Source: Hydrolagus colliei (taxonomy: Eukaryota). From it: DNA of 64,000 nt. Under the pieces are notes generated by a model, which was given only the letters and a program-made list of their open reading frames with translations, was not told the origin of the DNA and did not search any database. This document shows positions 1 to 12,300 of the stretch, piece after piece. Position 1 is the stretch's first letter. The number at the start of each line of letters is the position of its first letter. The DNA is taken from positions 5,890,001 to 5,954,000 of the forward strand of contig CM068756.1 of NCBI GenBank assembly GCA_035084275.1. The letters are read 5' to 3'. The position numbers were made by a program, and so were the translations under genes.

Positions 1-2492
1 CAGCAGGATGGGTGAAAAGAGGTCGGTAGTTGCCCTCTGAACCTTGGCACCCTGCCCTACACAAAAAATCACCCTCAGCCTGAACACCATCTATTGATTT
101 TTTTTATATATAGTTTTAAATCTTGTTCAAATTATCTCAGGCAGTGACCTTCACCAGGTGAAACACAACTATTCTGTGTAAGAAGAGAATGGGTTGGAAG
201 GAAAGACAAAGGAAGAACGGTTGAAAGTAGAGCCATTAATAAAATTATCTACATAACAGCAGGTATCACTATCACTGTCCAGCCAGGTTTTATCTGCACT
301 ACTAAACTACAGAGCATTTGTATTTTTATTTCTGTTTTAAAGTGCTTAATCTCATGAATGGTTGCTTTATATACCTTTGTAACCCCTGCAGCAGTATGAA
401 TAATGGTCACCTCTCACCAGCATTCTCAATTTGAATTTGTGTTAGTACCTTACTCTCTTTTACAGTCTGCTAAGAATAAGTGTCCCGTGAAAATGTTATG
501 TGGATCTGGCAAAGTGTGCACTGCTATTACCATGTAAACTCCCACTGATCACAGACCTGAACTATCTATCCAATTACTTACCACAGTGTGCTGTGTTTTA
601 ACCAGTAGAATACGAAAGAACGATGGCCATAATGGTTGACAAGATGAGCTTGGCAGCTGTGTCTCACAGGAGCCTGAGTCTCAAAGTGCAGTTATCAGCT
701 GACCTGCATGACCCCAGGACAGTGCAACTAACCCCATACTACACAGTGGTCTGTTCAAAACTTCCCTCGAGAACATGTAGCTGCTGAAAACCACTGGAAT
801 GATTAACCCTTATGTGCAGTAGAAGTTGTATCAAATCAAGCTAAAATGACCTATTAATACTTCACAATGCACAGGAAATAGATTTCTTACGAATTTCTTT
901 ATTTTCTTCAATAACGTGCAGTACAGCTGATGCCTGTCTATGCCTAACCTCAAGGCTGTTTCAATTTATGCATTATTTTTGCAGTCAGCATAATACGTTT
1001 CAGTACAAATTTAAAATATGCCACGTAGCTACATACACAGTCCCACATTGTATATTTCTCTTGTAAATAAGGTTGTGTTTTCCTTCAAGCTTAGCAGCTT
1101 CGTCTGCGAAAGACTGATTTTAGTGCTGCTTACGCCTCGGACCTCTGTTAAAGATATATTCAGTCATAATGTTATAACAGTGCATTATTGCCCAGACCAG
1201 TGCTGGTTAGTTTAAGGCACTAATATTATAAAGGCTGACCCTGAGAGTGTAATGAATGAATCCATTATATAAAGGCATTAAATGGTACTTGAGATTTGCC
1301 TGGTTTTCAGGTATGTACACTGCCTTTATGAGTTTTTGTGACAGGTTCTGTAGTTTAAAGAGGGAATACATAGGAGTACAAATTTCTTTTGACACTGTAT
1401 GTATACCCTCAGAACATATTACAGTCAGGGGTGACAACTTCCCTGAGCCAGAAACGGAGTGAGAGGTTTGCAGACAAATCTACTCTGAGGTCTCAGTCTG
1501 TGCGGTACAGCTCTTCAAGCACACAATGTGCCTTCTGTCAAAGACCTGCCGTCTTGTTTCTAACTATATTTGGCATATTTCTCCATAAAGAAATAGAAAT
1601 CGTAACATAGGTCATGGTACCTAAACATATTAAAAATTACAGGAATGATCTTCAGAAGAATATCTACAATAATAAGCGGCACAAAATATTAAGTGTCCAG
1701 CTGTTTCTCACATCAGGTCATTGGATTAACCATGACAGATAATTCCACCGATCCATTCAAATTAAAACATTGAAAACTGAGTCAGCGTTTGGATTTTTGA
1801 GTCCGATTGTTCCAAATCTGAACACTTTGGTTTCAAGGAGGAATTTCTGAATTAAGTTAGGCCAGGGCACTGGACTCATTTAAGAAAAGGAAGTTCTTCA
1901 TTTGAACCTGTACTACGATCTCATGATTTTGGCCTCCAGGGAATTGGAATATGTGCTGCCACTAAACCACTAGGGATTGGTATGACCTTACCTGCCAACC
2001 AGTGATGCTAGAGGAGGACAGAATGAATGGAGTAAGTCAAAGTTGCTAGTACAATGAGGAACATTTCTGTGGTCAGCAGGTGTCTGTTTACCTGGCGACA
2101 CAGCCCATACTGGTATTTCAGGATTTCTTTCTGCCAAATTGAAATTAAAAAAACAAATAGCCCAGTAATGCACATTTTGGATTACAGAACAACACATGCT
2201 ATGAGAAGAGTTTAAAGCTGTGTAACCTCTGATCTTTGGAGGACATCCCATTTAGGACCCAGATAGACAAATAGACAAAGACTGAAGTCGGCTTCACCAC
2301 TGAAGGCAACCAGAGCCAATGAAAATGGAAAGATGCAGGGAGTCATCAGGAAGGATCCTTGTCATTCCTTGAAATTCACTCAAAACAGTTCTAGCTCTGT
2401 GTTATACAAACACAATGAAAGAAAATGTATCTGGATTGTTGTCATGATTTTATAAATACATAAATATATATTTTATTTATTTATAAATACAT

Positions 2493-2614
2493 ATGGCTGC
2501 TGCGTTTTGCTCACAAATGTACAGTCAATTCACTTCATAGTATATTCTGTGAAGCACTTTTAGATGTATAGAAGATGTAAAAAACACTATATCAAATGCA
2601 AAAATTATTATTAT
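2493..2614 (+). mobile_element. SINE 3' fragment (L2-like tail, (TTA)n end)
   Basis: cagtcaattcactt...ctgtgaagcacttttagatgt...ctatatcaaatgcaaaaattattatt; same family as the copies at 3150, 5299, 37026 and 38955. Confidence 0.8.
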
Positions 2615-3149
2615 CATATTAAATTCACGGTGGCCCTAATGACATACCGGTAAAAGGAAATAGGAAATTATTCCTTGTTTTCAGCCCATTAGGCTCACAA
2701 TATTTGGGTGTTAAACTAGCAGTGCTTAGGGCCAGTAGGACACTCTCCACTTGAAATTTTCAAGATACTGTACAAAGTAAAATACCTTGGTGAAAGTATT
2801 TGCACTGAGGTCTGAGGTCAACGGCTTCCAAGTGCTATATAAAATTGTGACTATGTGCTAATATACATTCTAGTTCATGTGAAATATATAACATACCAAT
2901 TGGTTAATATAGCAGCAGCTTCTGTTTGATTCAATCTGAGAATCAGACAATCAGAACTACTGATTGGAGTTGTAAGGGCAAAGTGGACATCATTTTCAGA
3001 TTAATTTGGTGACTTGATAATAAAAATGAAAATGAATTGCTGTTCCTCTTATTTTTTAAGGAAGTTTGTTTCCTTATACACGTAACCCCCCTCCTCCTCT
3101 CCCCATTCCCACCCACCAAAAAATATTACCTATGGGGAAGTTATTTGTT

Positions 3150-3265
3150 AATAATAATAATCCTTGCATTTGATACAGCACTTTTCACATCTTCTAGATG
3201 TCTCAAAGTGCTTCACAGAATATAGTAGAAATTGAATTGACTGTATATTTGTGGCCAAAATGTGG
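3150..3265 (-). mobile_element. SINE 3' fragment (L2-like tail)
   Basis: aataataatccttgcatttgatacagcacttttcacatcttctagatgtctcaaagtgcttcacag..., near-identical to other copies in the window. Confidence 0.85.
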
Positions 3266-5298
3266 AATATACACTGAAGCAGGTAGAGTGCAAGATGCAT
3301 GTTATTTACATGACTGTTTTCTGTGCAAATTCTTTGGATTGTATTTGTTTAAAATGTTGTGCATTCCACAGAGCTACGACTCTCGATGAATTTAGGCAGA
3401 AATGCACGCTGCTGCCTTTGTAAGTACAAGCCCCAGAGCCAGTGCTGCCTAGGAATAACCCAGAATAATATGGAAGAGAATCTACTCGGGGAAAAAGGAT
3501 CACTGGAGTGATTAATCTACCTTTGTCTGGCAGACAAATCACTGAATGAGCCTGAATGGATCAAGTGACTCTGCAAATAACCAGTTAGTAACAGACAACT
3601 AAAATCTTGCATTTTCTATGTTTTAACAATATATAATTTATGGTAATAAATTTAACATATAACTGATGCCACATTTAAAACATTGTGCTATGTAATTCTG
3701 TAAAATGGCTTACAGGCTCACCATTACTACACTAATACTGTTAGTTATACTATTAATCATTTTTAAACTAGAGCAAATGTTTTTAAAAGCAGCATATTCC
3801 AAACCTCAGTCTAAAGGGATCCCATAAATTCTTGAAATATATTGTTCTGTATGCAAGGTTTAGGAAGTAGATCAACAATCCACAGAATCCTTGAATGCTC
3901 TGCAAAACCACAGTACCAAGATCACTCAGTTATAATGAATTCTGGGCAAGGTTTTGCTGTCAGTGGAAAGTGTATTTTGGCATTTGTTTACAGAGTACTG
4001 GAAGTAGTGTACAAAGAACATTCCACGTTAAAAACTCAGTTAAAGATTTTAGCAGGCCAATACTTCAGTCTCTCAAAACTACAGACTGGAAATGCATGTC
4101 TTTAAACAACGTATCCCAACTATGGTGTATGTGTTTGCGCATGTGTGAGTTCCTACCTGGATTTAAATTTTGGCAGCATGACACATCAACAGATGGAAAA
4201 TATCAAGTTTGAATTTCAGTCACTTTAGACTGTATAAACAGTAAAATGAAACTCATATTTATCAATGTCGCTACATTAGCGCATTATCCTATAGTTTGCA
4301 CTGTGAAGAGGACAAGTTGGGTACTGGCTAAACCTAGGAATACATTTTTAAAGCATACTTGCGATTGTATAAAAAAAAGGGGTAAATGATGAGTGGACAT
4401 ACAGTAATCATCAGTGAATTGTGATAGAATCCCAGTCGGTTAACTATTTCTACTGTTCATTCAGATTGGTTCCAAGCAAATACTTATGACTGGTTTATAC
4501 TGCTGAAGTGAAGTGATTCACTTATAGTAGAGCGCTGTGGAGACCGAAGCCCGATTTGTACTAACATCTCATGTGATGGCTCTTTTCTGCCATTACAAAG
4601 CGGATAAACTCCCTTCAGTTCATTTGATCACCCAAGAACTAAGGGAACGCTTGGGATTGGAGCCAGTTTTGATTCCACCCACTTCATTGACTACAGTGGC
4701 GTGAATAGAAGTCCTGCCAAAAGCACCTAGTTAAGGACTCCTCAGCAGCAGGACTAAAGCATGATTCACTCTACTGTATTGTACAACTCAACCCAGTATT
4801 ATAGGGCATTGTTCAGGGCAAACTGCCACAGAAATCCAGTATAAACTCGGCTTTTGGTTTATTTTGGTTAATTTGGTTTATTTTGGTATTTGAACAAAGG
4901 ATTGCAAGACATACAAGGTACTGATTTATCTAATTAAATATTCTTTGTATGCTTCATTGATTAATCAACCAGTAATGTTTTTTTTACCATAAGTAATTAT
5001 GCTCAAAACTTGGCTTGATGCTTCTCCCAGCACAAATATTGCAATCATCACTGTGAGTGCCATTTTTCAAACTATCTTTTTAACTCCTTAACTATGTTGT
5101 TCAATATACTCAATCAAATATGTATGTTGGGAGATGGTGTAAAGTGGAGCAGAGAATCAGGTGCAGAACAAGTCTGTGAAATAACTTCCGATTCCTAGTT
5201 CCTTCATATCTCCGTATCCATTAACACCATTGCCTGTGTGTTGCCTTCTATTTCTGGAAGTGTCAATAATTCTCTATGGTGGAGACTGTATGCATTTT

Positions 5299-5400
5299 AT
5301 AATAATAATATTCCTTGCATTTGATATAGCGCTGGTCACATCTTCTAGATGTCTCAAAGCGCTTCACAGAATATACTGTAAAGTGAACTGATTGTCTACA
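5299..5400 (-). mobile_element. SINE 3' fragment, copy 1 of a tandem pair
   Basis: Same tail consensus; abuts the next copy. Confidence 0.85.
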
Positions 5401-5603
5401 TAATAATAATCCTTGCATTTGATATAGCACTTTTCACATCTAATCGATGTCTCAGAGCGCTTCACAGAATATACTGTAAAGTGAATTGACTGTATATTTT
5501 GTGGGTGAAATGCAGCAGTCAATTGCACACAGCAGTGTCCCACAAACAGTTGTGGGTTCAAATGACCAATTGTATTATTTTTTTAGGGTATCTTTGCCCA
5601 AGG
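5401..5603 (-). mobile_element. SINE 3' portion, copy 2 of the tandem pair
   Basis: Tail plus the internal gcagtcaattgcacacagcagtgtcccacaaacag segment shared with the copies at 7611, 9175, 43280 and 44033. Confidence 0.85.
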
Positions 5604-6234
5604 TATCGCGCTGCCTATAATCAAACTCCCATCACTGAGCTACAGGACTACACAAAATATATATTTTCAGAAAATAGTTACTGCAAAGAATAAGATATAT
5701 AGACCACTTTAAGCATGGAAAAATCAACCTAAATTCAAAAATATAGAAATGGTATACAGAGAGAATAGAGTTGAATAGATAACAAGAGAAGGCAAGGGAT
5801 GCAATGATTGTTTTTTTTAAACAAATAATTGTTTAATATAGTGATCAATTTAAAGTCATTATTACAGCAATAAAGGTCCCAATATTCAAGTAACTTAATT
5901 AGTGCAGTAGTATTAAAATTGTTTTCAGTGTCACTGTACATGATCTGAAATCTTTCAGAAAAGCAGGGGTTTTGCTACTTCTACTGGCACATGTAATGCC
6001 CACTCTCTATGTTACTGCATTTGAAATTAAAATATGATCTGAAATGATTTCTATGCCCAGTATTTACAGTCACACATGCTCCTCCGTGGCCTGATTGACT
6101 TCTCATAAGGCTGTAAGCTTCCGTGTTAACAAGTGGGAGACTTCAGTGTTCATTTCTTAATGTAGGGTTGGTTATTCCACTCCTTACTAGCTGCTATTGT
6201 TAAGGATAATAGCTTGTTTGAGTAATAGGTAACG

Positions 6235-6302
6235 TTCCACGCCTTGGGACGTTCTCCTCGAGTGAAAGGTGCTATACAAGTATAATTTTGCTGCTGCTGA
6301 TG
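6235..6302 (+). mobile_element. L2-type 3' tail remnant
   Basis: cgccttgggacgttctcctcgagtgaaaggtgctatacaagtataatttt matches the reverse complement of the L2 tail at ~36525-36575. Confidence 0.65.
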
Positions 6303-7610
6303 CTATCTTGCTGCTGTTGACAAGTATCTTTGCACCTTGGTTTGCCATGTTCTCAGCAAGCATTTATTCAGATTCGCAGAGATATGGATTTCAATCTCCA
6401 TTCAACTGGATGCAAAATATAAAAAGGATTCAACAGAAATCACTACGTCTAATAGGTGACAATCACTAATGAGTTCCCAGAATAAGGAAAACAGAAATAT
6501 GTCACATCAATTCATAGGAACTCTGATGCACTACAATCTACTTTAAGATAAATGTTCCTGGTGTTGGTGTGACATATTTTGGTTAAAGGAGATAGAAATC
6601 ACCGAATATCAGACTCTTATTCTTTACATAGTTGACTCTCAATATTCCTCAAATGCTCCTATCAACACACACTTTTAAGATTCGAAGGACGATGCTGCCT
6701 TGCATTAATACTTTTATTCATGGAGGCAGTCAAGAAATCCACCAGCTATAGTCCAGACTCCTGGAATAGCTCCAAATGGCATGAAAATGAATAATTGTAA
6801 TCACCACGTGCATTAGAAATGCATTGTCCTCGATAATATTTGTGAAACTAATTAGGAAAAGCCCCAGATTCAAATAAATCTGTCTGAGATTAAATAAATG
6901 AAGAGGTATTTTCTCTGTTGCAAGGCAACTTCTTGCTTTGGTGTCTCTGGGACACCCAGAGATTGGAACCAAGGGGTATGTGGTAATTAAAGACAATGGG
7001 TTGTGTCACTATCCAATCATGCTCCTGTCTATTTACATGGAAAAGACATAAAGCATGTTCTTTCCAATTGCACAGGAAGAATTATGTGATATTGACTATG
7101 AAGACTAATGATGTAGATAGAATATAGTTGCAACATTAACAGTAAACTTTAATTTTAACAGCAAGACAAGATCCTAAATTGCTGAATTCTTGAAGCAGTT
7201 GTTAATGAGATTTAACCTCAGCACTGGTTTGCTTCTCGAAGTCAGCTTATAACACACAAATCCAATGGATTACCTTTCAAAGAAACCCCTCACTCTTCTT
7301 AATGTGCCCACATCATCAACTCACACTGCAAATCTAGACTAATGTTAGGATGTACACCAATGCACAACATGTAAACCAAGTTTTGTCTATCTGAGTTAGA
7401 GAAATGTGAAAAATTCAAAATGAATCGGAATGGGACAATGTATAGCATTGAAAAAGGAAGTGAACCTCTTTATTTTTTTTTAAAAAAAGCTTATTTGTTT
7501 ACAATATTGTTTACAGTACTGTGCTTAGAAGTTGGAAAACTGTCTTGAAGCCATCAAAAAGCCATGCTGCCTAGCCTGCAGAGTAGAAAGGGGAAAATAT
7601 AATGCATCTC

Positions 7611-7990
7611 TAATAATGAACCTTGCAATTATATCATGTTGAAATATCCTAAATCTCACAATAGAGATTTCTGTAACTTACAGTGAATGTATACATATAG
7701 GTGACCAGCAGCCAATTTGCACACAGCAATTACCCTGCAAACTGCCATGAAGTGAATGGACAATTTTCTTTTACCTGGGGAGTTGTTGGCCAGGGCACTG
7801 GGAGAAACTCGCTTCTCTTTTGAAATCTCTAACATCCAACTGAACAGGCAGAAGAGACCTTCTTTTCATGTCGAATCTGAATAACAGTACATCCAACAAA
7901 TCAGTGCATCCCCACCACCTGCTTGGAGAGGGGCTTGAACTCACAACCTTCTGACTGTGAAATTATTACCAACTGACCCAAGCTGCCACC
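7611..7990 (-). mobile_element. Degenerate near-full-length DeuSINE-like element (tRNA head + Deu domain + L2-like tail)
   Basis: Minus-strand head with A-box-like cagttggt and B-box GAGTTCAAGCC (7932-7942); central ctgcctgttcagttggatgtta...ttctcccagtgccctggccaaca resembling the Deu domain of AmnSINE1/SacSINE1-type elements (from recall); decayed tail at ~7611-7700. Confidence 0.7.
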
Positions 7991-9174
7991 TAAAACACTG
8001 AAGTGTATTTTCTATGGATGTTCTATGCTACCTATGAACTGTATAAGTGCAGGTTGTTGTATATTCAATGGATGCTTTATTCGTAATCTATAGCTATGCT
8101 TTTTCATCGACTTTACTAAAAAATATTAGATAGGATCTACATATGTTACCACTAAAGTAAAATATAATTTTAATCAATGCTAAAATGTGAAAGGAAAGCA
8201 ATTTTCCAGTTTTTTTAAACAATCATGTAGTATTTTCTTCACACCACTGTCTAGAAGTACACATGATGTCTTTTAATGTTTGGTTCGGGTTATTTGATAA
8301 TTTATAAATATATATATCATGTTTTACTGCTGTATTTAACAAATTTGATCAAATGGGCTTCTCTACAAGCCAGTTTTTATAGCATTAGATCAAGGGACAG
8401 TCACAACTGTTTTACCCTTTGAGCTCACAGAATAGTGGATAATCTGCACTTTTGGTTAAGGGATCAGATTTTTGGCACCCATTATCCAAACAATCTTGCA
8501 GATTTTAGTATTATCAAGTATCATGAAAATATGCAACTTGATTATATGTTAGCAAAGGTTGCAAGCACGGAAAAATACATTAGTAATAGCCTAACATTAA
8601 TAAACATTACAGCTTGGATCATATAATAGCTTTCTGCACATATTACCAAATTAACATGCCCATTTATTAATCTATCGGTTTGGACAACAAATGTCTTCTT
8701 TCAGTAGTTCATGGGTGGTTTGAAAGTGTGTATAAAGTAGTAGCTTCTAGAGTTCATTTAGGCATTAAGACATAGGAACCCTGGCACAGTCAATTGTATT
8801 GCATACATTTGCTATGCCAAACAGTTTATAAAAGGTTTGCATAATTCAAGTACAGTACGTCCCATCAGCAGGAAATTTAATAATGTGTGGTGTTCTTCTG
8901 TCAATGCATCAATTACCATTATTATTGAGTGACTGCTGGCTATAACCTACAATGTCACCTACTTGAGTCTAAAATAACCCAGAGGCAAGAAAAAAAGAAT
9001 CCAAGAGCAGCAAAAAATGGAACCTTTAGGGACAGTCTTCTTGTTTTCAGAATCCTCCGAGACAGGGTGTCCTTTAACGTGTCCACAAGGCAATCAACTG
9101 TAGCACCTGAGATATGAAACCTTTTATCCTTCAATAACAAGTCAGTGGAGAAATGAGAACTGCAAGCTCCCATT

Positions 9175-9326
9175 CTATTTGTGGGACACAGTTGTTGTGC
9201 GCAATTGTTTTGCATTCCACCCACAAAATACACAGTCAATCCATTTTACAATGTATCTGTGAAGCGCTTTGAGATGTCTCAATGACGCGATAAGACACTA
9301 TATCATAAGCAAGGATTATTATTATT
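9175..9326 (+). mobile_element. SINE 3' portion
   Basis: tttgtgggacac...ctgtgaagcgctttgagatgtctc...gcaaggattattattatt. Confidence 0.8.
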
Positions 9327-12300
9327 GTTTTGACCATTGCATGCCAGGTATCTAAAATCAAAACTAATATGACAACAGCAACCACAATATACAAAGGTAA
9401 TGAATTACTCCTCCTATACCTTGAACTCTGTATTGGCTCAATGCCTTATATCCATTTTGCACCACCTAATCATAATAATATTCCTGTTAAAATTATTCTG
9501 CACATGATTTTCTGAGAATTAAGGCTTTAACCCCTTCATTGAAATGTATTTAATGAAAATGAAATGGCGAGGTGAAAGTTTTAAATGAACATAAAAGTCC
9601 TTTAACCTTCATTAAACTGGAGAAACCAAAATAGCATGCAGTTCAATGAAACGATTCATTCTTATTCAATCATACTGAAAATATAGCATTCGGATTGGCT
9701 GAACTCTATCACTTCAGAGTCAGTTGAGTACAGACAACCCTGATGGAGTATACCTTCATGAGATGCTCGAACTTGTGACTGATGTCAGCCAATTATCCTT
9801 ATCAGTGTCTCATCAGCGGAATGGGAATCATTTTTCACGACTGACCAGACCCTGGAAAAAAGGGAAACCTGCCAGCTCTGGTCTTTCCAATGGAGAGATC
9901 CCCATCACAGTCCCATCTCATTTATTTCTTCATATAAGATCAAATACCAGTGAAGCACTTTCCCATCTACTTGTGTGCATCTTTCAACCATGCTTTGTCT
10001 TTTTTAGACATCCGCAATACATATAGTCGAATCCCCTGAGAATTGTATACTGCCTTCTGGAATAAAATAAGGAGCAGTTCATGACAATTACCGTACTTCA
10101 GGTTTGGCATGGTCTCTGATATCTCAAATGTTAGTGTTGGTAAAATTTCACTACTGTGAGAATTCTAACACCAGGCAATTCAAATATGCCAGTAATGAAA
10201 CAGGCAGATTTATTTCACTGAAATTTATACATTCCACCAAGTATGAACCCCAGGACGGTGGGGGAGGTGGTGGGGGAGGGGGGGGGGGGGGGGTGCGAGC
10301 GTCAATCCAAGAACACGGTAGGGCCTATGATTACTTCAGTACATTGCCAAGATTACATTATGTGACACTGCACCACAGATATACAGATTTGTATAGTAGG
10401 TACAAAAATGATTATGATCAGCGTGTAGAATAAATACTTGTACTTTCACCTCATGAATTTAGTGTCACTACCTATATTACTTGTCAAGTCATACTATATA
10501 ATCAGTCCTTCGGAACATTGAGAACACAGTGGTTCTTCCCAAAGAGCAACCATTAAAAATACTGTACAGTGTAAATGAAGATTATTTTTTTCTTTACACT
10601 CCTACATGTGGTACAGTACACAACGTTCTGCTGTACTTCCTTAAATCATAAGCTGCAGGTTGGCAATTCAACAGCAGGTGACATAAATGTTGAAGAGGTT
10701 AACTGTTGATAGGCGAGACAACTAACAGGGACCTAGACATTTTCAGCAAGGAGACGAGTCATTTGGCTCATACATATGCGCCAGTGAGTGAATGTTTTAA
10801 AATTGCTAACAGCCATGAGAATCAACCTTGTGGTTAATCATCGCTCCAGATTCACATAATTGCAATTAGAGAAGTAGGAATTCATACAGAGGAATTGTAA
10901 TAGTGTTTGAAATGTCAAAACAGTTTTTTTTATATAAAAAAAGAAGGAATGTTGCCAATAAGGTTTTCAGCTCCAAGTGCCTTAAGGTCTGATGTTCCAA
11001 TGGCAACATCTGATTTCTGCCCTGCAGATATACATGCTTCAGGTAACGTTTAGAACTGAGCTATCTCCCAAATATCCACCGATACATTCGCCTGACAAAC
11101 AAGATAGAAATCAGATCAGACTCCCGAGAATTTCAAGAATGGGAGGGAATGATTGAATGGCGCTCAGACTAACAATCAATTAAAGAGCCAATTGTTTGAA
11201 AGAAACTTATGTTAAAGTCGTTCTAATAGCTCCAGGCGCCACTGGATTTTTTGCAAGAATAAGTCAATATATATATATATATTTCACCCGATACGTGTGT
11301 ATATATACACACACACACATATATATAGGATGACAAAAATGCGTTGCTACAAAAATGGCTTAACTTGACCGTGTATTCAATATGTTGCCTGACTGTCACG
11401 CGTGTTAACAGCAAACTTTCTTTAGTAAGAGTTTGGGATTGAATTGTAATTTTTTTTGGAGGAGTGGGGAGGATGAGGGAGGGATAAGGGATAAAAAGGG
11501 ATGGGTTGATGCACAAGGGATACAAGTTACTGCATAAAAGTTGCATCCATTGTTCTGTTCCACCAGAAACTGACACCCATTTTCTGAGCAAAGCGAACGC
11601 TTTTCTTTTCGCGCGCTGTGATGGCAGAGAAAAAATATATAGGTGGCAAAATCTAATCATTCCGAAAGAAGTATCGATGAAAGAGAGAGACCTGAACAGA
11701 GTTCATATCAGTATGATTTGTCTGCACAAATCTCCCCTGACACGGTCTGTCAATTGGCACTATTTACCAAAATACACAAACGTGTTGTTTTATTTATAAA
11801 CATATCCATGTGTATATATATATATATTTTTTAAAATCATTATTAAAAACCAACACCGAGCTCGCAAATACAACAGTAATTCCCGTTCCTAATAAATAAT
11901 TTCATTAGCTTGTTTTCAAGCCTGAAGTGCTTAATTTGTCGGGACTTTTGTGAAATAAATATTCATTTCAACACACCTATTTTCTAGGTCTTCTTCGCTC
12001 TCGACAGAGAGTGCGTTTCTTCCTCCCACTGTTATATATGTATATATATATAAAAAGGGGGACTTCGTTTAAAATGTGGTTGTGTTTTTTAAAAACACAC
12101 ACACACACACACACACTATTATCCGTGGGCTCTTTAAAGTAAAATGATCAAATTTGTTGTAGTAAAAAAAAATGCGGCTGATTGAAGAGGGAGACAACAA
12201 GGTTTGTAATATTCTGTATTATTGGGCGATGGAGTGATTTAACACTGTCGCCCTGTGGTTCATTGCTGACCGAAAGCGATTGTAAGGTGTGATTCATTTG

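Noticed and set aside
5299-5500. CRISPR-like or other prokaryotic direct-repeat array
   Set aside because: These are two adjacent SINE tails in vertebrate DNA, with no regular repeat-spacer structure and no cas genes.
7930-7990. tRNA gene (also 36440-36508, 41315-41380 and 45232-45300)
   Set aside because: A/B-box-like sequences are degenerate SINE heads followed by SINE body; no intact cloverleaf is evident.
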